Positions 54,597 through 64,000 of a stretch of 64,000 nt of DNA are shown piece after piece. The translations under genes were made by a program, and so were the position numbers. This stretch comes from Octopus vulgaris. Lineage: Eukaryota. The notes beneath the pieces were generated by a model. The model saw only the letters and a list, made by a program, of their open reading frames with translations. It searched no databases and was not told the origin of the DNA. How positions within the stretch are numbered: position 1 is the first letter of the stretch; every line of letters starts with the position of its first letter. Where the stretch lies: the NCBI GenBank assembly GCA_951406725.2, contig OX597824.1, positions 49,414,001 to 49,478,000 of the forward strand, read 5' to 3'.

Positions 54597-55049
54597 CGAA
54601 TGCATAATCGGGAATTCAACTCGCTTCCTAACCCCCAACGAAGAATAACGGACAGATCATCATGAACGGATAAAAGATAAGAATCCTTCTTTCAACCTCA
54701 CTTTCTTCTACCTACAATCTTTGCACATATCATCATTATTCTTTCATTATTCTGTCATTATATTATTCTTTCATTATTCTCTCATTATATTATTCTTTCA
54801 GTATTCTCTCATTACTCTGCCTAGTTCAGTAACATACCATACATGTAAATATGTTTTTTGTTTAGTCTTGTCTTCCTGTTGCTCCCGAAGATAACTTTAT
54901 ATTCATTGATTCACTTAGCTATCAAAGTCTTAACACTCAGCCACTTATCTTTCTCCTAAAATTTGACGTTCTCAGATTTTTCAAACCTACTTTCTTGGTC
55001 TCACGATTAACAGAACCTCTTCCTAGTTTGTGGTGACCCTGCCCTCCCA

Positions 55050-56703
55050 ACCCCTCCACACATGCCGGAAGTTTTTATTCATTGCCATCCTTGAGTTGCT
55101 TCCCATGAAGATTGCAAAAGCTCTTTCGTCATCCCTACCCCTAGTCTCGGCCTATCTCCTATGTAAGGTAATGTTCATACAGTGCAAAATATGAAAGGGT
55201 AGTGTTATGCAGATTGAACTGAAGGCTACTGTATTGCTTGCTCATGACTTCTGTCAAATGTGAGTTTTCTTTTCAGGTACATGAAGCTACTGTCCACCGT
55301 TCCAGGGTCTCAAGGGCACATACCTCCCACACCCTCAGGGTTGGCACCCTCAACGTTGGTACACTGAAAGGTAGGTCTGGCGAGATAGTCGAGATGCTTG
55401 AATGGAGATCTGTTGATTTATGTTGCATCCAAGAAGTAAGGTAGAGAGGAGGTTCTGCTAGGTTCCTCACAGGCAAAGAACACAGGTACAAGATTTTCTG
55501 GGCAGGGAACACTGATGGGGTTGGTGGCTTGGGTATACTTATCGCTGAAAAATGGGTAGATAAAGTAATTGAGGTAATCAGAGTATGTGACAGAATACTT
55601 AAGATTAGATTAGTGCTTCATCATGGATTAGCGACCATTATATCAGCCTATGCTCCTCAGCTGGGACTACCCGATGGACAGAAAGACCGATTCTATGACA
55701 CTCTACTGCAGACTACCTCGTTGACAAACAACTGAGACCTTCTCTTTGTGGCTGGTGTATTTCAACGGTCACATTGGACGACATGCTGGGGGCTTCCATG
55801 GTGTACATGGAGGCTATGGTTATGGTTTCCGCAACGAGGAGGGAACCAGGTTGCTGGAGTTCTGCGATGCAAATGATCTTATGGTCTGCAACACTAACTT
55901 CAGGAAACCTACCAGCCACCTAGTCACCTACCAATCGGGCCAACATACCAGCCAAATTGACTACATCCTTGCCAGGAAAAGGGAAAGATGGATGCTAGTA
56001 AGGTGAGGGTTGGCAACGAGTACAGTGAAGAATTCCGGATAGAGGTAGGGGTCCACCAAGGCTCAGTCCTCAGCCCCCTCCTATTTATCATAGTCCTCCG
56101 GGCAATAACGGAGAAATTCAAGACAGGATGCCCCTGGGAGCTCCTCTATGCTGATGACCTTGCTCTAATTGCTGAGTCACTATCAGAACTGGAGAAGTTT
56201 CAGGTGTGGAAGCAAGGATTAGAATCGAAGGGCCTTAGAATCAATCTAGCTAAAACCAAAGTCCTAATAAGTAGGAAGGTAGACAAATCATAAACGCCTT
56301 CAGGTAGATGGCCCTGCTCGATCTGTAGAAAAGGTGTAGGTAGAAACTCTATAAGATGCACCAAGTGTAAACTATGGACACATAAGAGGTGCAGCAATGT
56401 CAAAGGAAGGCTAACTAGGAAGATAGTTTTTGTATGAGGCAGATGCTCAGGAGCAATAAACACTGAAAATGCTCTGAGACCAACTTCTGCCACATTCCAG
56501 GGAGAAAAACTAGAAATAGTTGATAGCTTCTGTTACCTAGGTGATCAAGTCAGTAGCGGGGGCGGGTGTGCTGAAAGTGTAACTGCTAGAGTAAGAATAG
56601 CTTGGGCAAAGTTCAGAGAGCTCTTACTTCTGCTGGTGACAAAAGGCCTCTCGCTCAGAGTAAAAGGCAGACTGTATGACGCATGTGTACGAACAGCCAT
56701 GCT
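55050..56703 (+). mobile_element. RTE LINE with APE endonuclease, a large internal deletion and a truncated 3' end
   Basis: LRVGTLNVGTL, LCCIQEVR, IISAYAPQ, FNGHIG and SQIDYIL, followed directly by RT motifs GVHQGSVLSPLLF and YADD; 5' boundary uncertain. Confidence 0.92.
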
Positions 56704-57645
56704 ATATATATATATAGTGTAATAAATAAAATATATGCATACATACAAACATATATGTACGTACCTACATCTACGTGCAAAAGGAAGTGGTTTTGGCTAG
56801 CAGTGACAAAGATGAGGAGGAGTGAGAGAGAGAGAGAGATAGAGAAAGACACGCGGCTGAGAGAGAGATGAGTAAGAGTGAGAGGGAGAGAGAATGGGGA
56901 AGGTAAAGCATCTTTGTCACTGCTAGCCAAAACCACTTCCTTTTGAACGCTGCTTTCAAACTGTAAAGTCATGTTTCCTTGCGCTGCTAGAACATCCGCC
57001 GTCTAAGCCAGAAAAAAGGCCTTTTCGTTTGTTTTTCTCGTTTGTTTTCTTGTTTATTTTGATTTCTCGTATTGTATTTTCTTTTTATTTCTCGTTTTGT
57101 ATTTTCTTGTATTTTTATCTTGTATTTTATTGTGCAGTTTTACTGTTACGTCCTGTTTGTGTTACATTTTTTCTTGCTTGTTTTTACCCCTCTGCAAGGT
57201 AATCTTATTTTAATTCTCTCACAGGAAGGCCTAGTTTTGACGAGTCGTGTCCTGTCTTGCCTTTTAAACACGCTTGAGTCTAACTAGCAACAGCTGATGA
57301 TTGGGGAATTTTCCTTGTGTAGTATGTCCTGTACTCTGTTTTTCTGTTGTAAAATAATGTTTTTCCCGTTTTCGTTTCTCGTCCAGTGCCACGTCTCTGT
57401 TTTTCTGTTGTAAAAAAATGGCTTTTCCGTTTTCGTTTCTCGTTGAGTTCTACGTCTAGTTGTGGTGTCCTGTACTCACGTATATATATTTATATATGCA
57501 TGTATATATACATGTAGATGTAGGTACGTACATATATGTTTGTATGTATGTATATATTTTATTTATTACACTATTGTCTGACAGCGCCTTCGCATCGGGT
57601 TCGTTTCGATTCGTCGCTTTGTTCCGTTTCTTATCCTCCCAGTAC

Positions 57646-57698
<53 letters not shown>

Positions 57699-57779
57699 GG
57701 AGTATAACTCCAAACTTACAGGAAAAAATTCAATTTAGTATTAAATCAAATTTCACAATATAAATATATAATATATAAA

Positions 57780-58236
57780 AATTAGAGAAAAACCACTATT
57801 ATGTAATTCAAACAATGATAGACAAAAACCAAATCATAAAGAAAAATTAAAATATATTATAAAACATAACTAGATCACAAAAAGTACAAAAAAGGAATAA
57901 ACAATAAAGATAAGTAGACAATTTATCTAAGAAATAATAATGTAATTTATATAATTATTGATTGAAAAATATGGATTTCTAATTTTTTATTTGTTAAGGA
58001 TAATTTAGATATGTACATTTATTTAATTATACTTATTATTATAATTATTATATGTGAACTAAAATTGAAAAGTATTAGTTTGGTTACCTTGTGAATTAGA
58101 TTGTAATGTAAAATTTTTTAGTATACCTTACCTTTACCTTTTACTTGTTTCAGTCATTAGACTGCAGTCATGCTGGGCACCACCTTGAATAGTGTAGGTA
58201 GTGTAAAGATCTTTTTTATATTTAGTACTATTGAAT

Positions 58237-58273
<37 letters not shown>

Positions 58274-59122
58274 GTACTTTTTTCACAAATAATTTTATAA
58301 ACGACAAGTAATATGTTTTTAGTTTTGGAATTTTTTATTTTTCATTTCATAAATATTTTTGGAATGATAAGTATAATATTTATTTAAGAAATAATGGAGT
58401 AATTTATTTATATATACGTTTATTGATTGAAAAAATATGGCTTTCTAATTGCTTTATTTGTTAATTATAATTTAGATACGTACATTTATTTAATTTTATT
58501 ATTTCATTATTTTATAATCATTATATGTGAACTAAAATCTGAAAGTATTAAGTGCGATTGATTTGTAAAATAGTTTGTAACATAAAATATTAGAGTATAG
58601 GTAGTGAAAAGATATACTATGGTTTGTTAATGTTATTCACAAAGCTAAAATATATCTTCACAGATAAAATACATTTTTCTATCTATTTATTCTATTTTTT
58701 TTTACCTTAGGTCTTTAACATGATAAATCTATTATAGACACTTGGTTCTACTTTTTAAGTTTCAAATTTAGTTAACGGAGTTTCTTCTATAAGAAGAATC
58801 ATGATTTTATTTCTTTAAGAAATATTGTTTAATTCTATTTGATTATTTATTTAACTATTATTGTTATTATTGCTGACCTGAGGAGTGACTATACTTTTAA
58901 ATTGAATTGTTTTTCGATTAAATTTAAATTTAATTGTAATTCGAATTGAAGTTATAGCCACGAAACGTACGTAGTCTTTTTACCTATTATATAGTGTGTA
59001 TTCATTTTTTGTACTTTTTGTGATCTAGTTATATGTTTTATAATATATTTTATTTTTTATTTTAAGATTTAGTTTATGTCTATCATTGTTTGAATTACAT
59101 AATAGCAGTTTTTCTCTAATTT
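57780..59122. mobile_element. AT-rich PLE-type element with inverted termini and a hammerhead
   Basis: About 57780-57900 is inverted at about 58999-59122; internal direct repeat about 57930-58110 / 58385-58580. Confidence 0.7.
58875..58976 (+). ncRNA. Type I hammerhead (C3:G8, long stem II)
   Basis: gac CUGAGGA gugacuaua...uauagccac GAAA cguac GUA guc. Confidence 0.75.
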
Positions 59123-59134
59123 ATATATATTATG

Positions 59135-59175
<41 letters not shown>

Positions 59176-59190
59176 CTACAAATATATATA

Positions 59191-60434
59191 TAGGTTGCGT
59201 AAGGTATTTGGGGACATACCTTTTTTGGGTCATTGCTGCATTTGTTGCTAACTCTGTATAATCTTTGTTTCAGAAAATAATAATGTCAGACCCTCAGTTT
59301 ACTGAAGAATGAAGAGGCATGCTGTTATTGTGGTTATAAAGACTGAGCATAGTGATTTAGAAATATCTCAATTTTTAAAAGTTGCCAGATCTTTCATCTA
59401 CAAAGTTTGTAAGGAGCTAGAGACTGAATATGGAAACATATCACCAGTATCAAAGCATAAAAAGCATTATAAATGCTCTGAAATCATCAGAACACCTGAA
59501 TTTATCCAGCAAGTTCAACAGACCATTGATTAGTATCCTAGAAAGTCCATGAGGTCAATTGCAAAAGATCTCCATGTGTCAGAAGGAACAGTCAGAAATG
59601 TTGTCCACGAAAACATCAGATATAAGTCTTATATGATGAGGAAAGGTCAATTTGTCAGAAAAAGCAAAAGAAAATCACTACATTAAATCTAAAAGGCTCT
59701 TAAACAAACTGAAAAATCCAACAGAAGAAGATTTGATTTGGTTTTTCTCAAACAAGAAAAACTTCAACCAAGATCAAAAAGTTAACAGAAGAAATGACAG
59801 ATGGTTATGTGCAGACCCTTCTGAAGTTCCAAGTGTTATGCATACAAAATTTCCTGCAACTATCATGGTTTTAAGAATTGTCAGCAATGAAGGACATGTG
59901 ATACTTCCTTACTTCTTTCCACAAGGCTTTAGAGTTAACTCTGCCACCTGCATTGAGGACCTGGAAATAATTGTTACACCCTGGATAGTGTATAAAATGG
60001 AAGGTTATATGTGTTTCAGTAAGACTCTGCACTATCACACATGGCTCTAGTAACACAGGAATGGATGGCTGAAAATTATCACAATCACATAACCCCTTAC
60101 ATTTGACCTCCTAATTCCACACATCTCAATCTATTGGACTATTACATGTGGAGTGTTGTTGAGAGAAAGGTCAATGAACACTCACATAGCACCAAAGATA
60201 CTTTGAAAGCTGACATAATCAGGGTAATGTCCAAAATGAACCAGGACCACTTGATTCGGGCATGTAGATGATTCAGATCTTATACAGAAGCAGTTGTAGT
60301 GAAGGTGGCTTTATTAAATAACATTAAAGAAAAGAAGGTTTATTTTTATCCACATAGCATTTTTTGATAAAGTTATTATCTGTTATTATACAGCTGTTTT
60401 TTTTTATCTATCCTCAAATATCTTACACACCCTG
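59191..60434 (+). mobile_element. Tc1/mariner-superfamily transposon (DD37D/maT-like), decayed
   Basis: RNDRWLCADPSEVPSVMHTKFPATIMV..VSNEG and PPNSTHLNLLDYYMW; imperfect TIRs. Confidence 0.85.
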
Positions 60435-62631
60435 TATATATATATATGTATCTCTCTCTCTCTATATATATATATATATTTATCATGAGGCTTATATATA
60501 TATATCACCGAAGAATACGTAGAAGGGACAGGTGGAGGAGGAGATTGGGAGGGTTGGTTTAAGAAAGGAGTGGTTCAGCAATAGATACCAATAGAATAAG
60601 AACTACACTTAAAAAATAAGTTCTGGGGGCGATTTGTTTGACTAAAACCCTTCAAGGTGGTGCTTCAGCATGGCTGCAGACAAATGACTGAAACAAGTAA
60701 AAGATACAAAAAAAGCCCCCAAAAAACTAAAGATACAATATGGAGTATACCATGTGTTAAAAATAATCTCTATTGATGCTTATCAAATAGTTACTAGTTT
60801 CTCAGTATCTCAGGATGTTTATAAGCCTTCAGGTTGAACATAAAGAAAAACTTCAACAAAAGACTACTGGTTCTATATTTTAAACTATATCTAGAAACAA
60901 GTCCTTCACCCACATTATAGGAAGCTTATGGTCACTGAACACCTGGTCCTCCAGATCTTTGTTATATCAATAAGTGCTAAGCTAAACATCTTGATACCAG
61001 ATCTAGCAAGGTTGATGAGAAATGTATCGTGTATGAATCCATCCAGTAAACTATGAAAGTATATATAGGATTTCATCTATCACATGCAATTCTCTGGATG
61101 CAACCCATAAAGTACATATATAACATGTATGTATATGAAACATACATAATACAAAACCACATTAAAATACGAATCTGAAACTGAAGAAAACACAAACAAG
61201 GGTGAAGAAAGAGAAGAAAACACAAACAAGGGTGAAGAAAGAGAAGAAAACACAAAGAGAAAAAAAGAGGAAGAAAGAAAGAAAAAGAAAAAAACAACAA
61301 TTCCACACTAAGTGCTTCAATGGTTGCATACCACAAGGTTCAACAGAACCTACTGAAGCAAGCCAACATGCTTGCTGCTTTACCACAGGCTATGGTGAGG
61401 CTAAAACATTGGAACAGCCAAGCACCCTCATGGACATCACATGATATCTCAGTAGGATGAGCTGCTAACAATAAGAACTTTGCTGTAAGCAGCCCATCTG
61501 GTCTTATTCCCATCACTTCTGGATAATCCTGCCAGCTCCAGAACTGAGGGGATATTAACCAGAGCCAGGGCCTGCTTTTGCTTTTTTTTTTCTATTTTCC
61601 TTTTTTTGTTCTCTTCTATTTTTTCTTCACTCATGTTTATGTTTTCTTTAGTTTTAGATTTGTATTATATATGTTTCATATACATACATGTTAGATATAC
61701 AATTAATAAATTATCAAAATCCCCCCATCCCAAAGAAATCAATAAAATTGAATTGGATTGAAGAGAGAGGAGGCAAGAAAAGTTTGGAACCATCATCAAC
61801 AATGATGCAAATGATACGTACCCTTATGTACAGGAGCAAATTCTGGAATAGGCTGGAAACAAAATGCAGCTTAACAGGAAAAGCTCCTGGTAGGACAACA
61901 AATTCTGGAGTGTGGCATTCATTGATACTAGGGCCCAGAAGTGAAATTGCTCACTAATTTAGAAAAGTACCCCATGAAACAAAACTTAAAACCAAAGTTG
62001 TAAGAAAATTCAGGAAGATTCATGAAGTCACTATGAAACTGGTCAGAATACAATGTAAAGAAGTAAATAGCAGATCAATAAAATAAAAATGAAATAAAAT
62101 TCCTTCCACACAATGCCAAAACACATGACAGTTTACAGAGACTGAATTAATATAGGAAGCAGAATCTAGTCTCCACCACACAATAGAAAGAATGAACAGA
62201 GTAACAAAACCTCCACAACCAACACCCATTACCACAAGAATAAGGATATTATAAGATTAAAAGCCACTAAAATCAACCAACATTCAAACATACACAACAC
62301 ACACATGTTTCTTATGTTAGGAACAACAAAGAAAGCAGACAAAATAAATAAATAAAATGGAACAAGAACAGTGTTGCAACAACAGCTCAGACACTTACTG
62401 TAGAGACGAAACAGAAGAGTATAGCAAACAATCAAAATTAGTTGGAGAGTTTAAACTCATTGAGATGGTCACAAGAAAAGTGGCTAAATTTCTGGGAATA
62501 AAACTGAAAATAAGGAGTGAATCACAACCAGTGAGTACATTTATAGGCTTCGACATGGTTTTCCATATATGCATCACTATTAGTCTTAACACATAGTTTC
62601 AGATTAAAATTCATGCAAAACAAATTCATAA

Positions 62632-62805
62632 TAGGCGTAGGAGTGGCTGTGTGGTAAGTAGCTTGCTTACCAACCACATATTTCCAGGTTCAGTCCCACT
62701 GCGTGGCACCTTGGGCAAGTGTCTTCTACTATAGCCTCGGGCTGACCAAATCCTTGTGAGTGGATTTGGTAGATGGAAACTGAAAGAAGGCCATCGTATA
62801 TGTGA

Positions 62806-62839
<34 letters not shown>

Positions 62840-63050
62840 ATATGTTTGTGTGTCTGTGTTTGTCCCCCCCAACACCGCTTGACAACCGATGCTGGTGTGT
62901 TTATATTCCTGTAACTTAGCGGTTCGGCAAAAGAGACCGATAGAATAAGTACTAGGCTTATAAATAATAAGTCCTGGGGTCAACTTGTTCGACAAATGGC
63001 AGTGCTCCTGCATGGCTACAGTCAAATGACTGAAACAAGTAAAAGAGTAA
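62632..63050 (+). mobile_element. tRNA-derived SINE, family A, full length
   Basis: A box tggctgtgtggtaag, B box ggttcagtccc, central microsatellite, aaaagagt tail. Confidence 0.93.
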
Positions 63051-64000
63051 TTGAAAGATCACAAGCTTTAGTCAAACTAACATGAAACTGAAAAAAGCTG
63101 TATTTTGTTGTGTAGAGGAAAAAAAAAGCAATTCAGCAACTTCACTTCATAAAAAAAATTGTATCTCTTCTAAACTGTTTACTAACTCAATTCATCAGTA
63201 AGTGAGCTCAACCTCACAAATTACTAAGATGAACAATGAAAACATACATTACTAAATTCACACAAAATTCATACAGGGATTAGTAAACATGGTAAAAAGG
63301 TTCAAATATCATTAATAAAAGGTATCCTCATTCCATATCAGATAAAAGCATTCCCCTTTTTTTATTCAAAATGAGCACCAATATTTAAACAACAGTTATA
63401 ACCAATGCTTCTGCAATGAGCTAAAATGGAGGAAACATTGACAATAGTAACAACACTAATCAATCAATGCAGAACAAAAATACTCTAACCCCATCACAAA
63501 TACAAAATTTGAAAATGCAAATACAAACACTGAGTCACTAGAACTTAAAGTGCTATACAACTGGACACAGAAGAAACAGCTGTTTCATATTATCATTGAA
63601 GTAGGCCATATGCAGGAAGATCAATAATCTAGAATGTCCATTTGGAGTGAAAAACTTTTCATGCAAATTAGATAAAAATTAAGGAAATAACTGTAATAGA
63701 AGGAAGATTTACACTGGCTGAAAAGAAACTTAGAATATAAAGCAATACAGCAGGATACCTAAAGAGATAAGTATCTAAAAAATTGATATTAGAGTCAGAA
63801 ATGGCCTATGTAAACTGAAACAGTGTATTAAAAATAAGGAAACAGTATGGTTTCTCAGACTAGTTTGTGCCAACTAGGTCCAATCAACACAAACTCACAT
63901 TAATGACATGAGAGAGTAACAATGGAAGATCATGAAAAAACAGAGAAGCTCCATAATGCCCCAGCACCTGCACTACAGTAATAAAAAAGTAAGGATACAA

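Noticed and set aside
61182-61260. 30-bp tandem repeat with a Lys/Glu-rich ORF
   Set aside because: Low-complexity duplication with no spacers; neither a CRISPR array nor a supported gene
61780-62530. LINE RT-like traces (GVWHSLILGP, KFLGIKL); similar traces at 10700-11330 and 51080-51600
   Set aside because: Too decayed to classify or delimit by eye

Overview
AT-rich, repeat-dense animal DNA, most likely an octopus (inferred from the (TA)n density and the SINE and RTE families, not demonstrated). The only host gene I can support is two exons of spliceosomal Sm D2 (SNRPD2; 13812-13991 and 17196-17370, +). The rest is transposon material: RTE LINEs (one with a long intact RT plus PHD-like ORF), mariner/Tc1/pogo/piggyBac remnants, a non-autonomous Helitron, tRNA-derived SINEs and a decayed Penelope-like (PLE) RT. 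The main unannotated signal is a set of about 10 loci with type I hammerhead ribozyme (HHR) motifs, found by hand in non-coding elements inserted in (TA)n tracts, usually as head-to-head inverted or partial tandem repeats. These include a young 355-bp retrozyme-like repeat (36996-38118) with a U3:A8 core. Across families, all four Watson-Crick versions of the 3-8 core pair occur (C3G8, U3A8, A3U8 and, from a reconstructed consensus, G3C8). One RTE copy also appears to carry an in-frame spliceosomal intron before its endonuclease. All folds were inferred by eye and no activity is shown.
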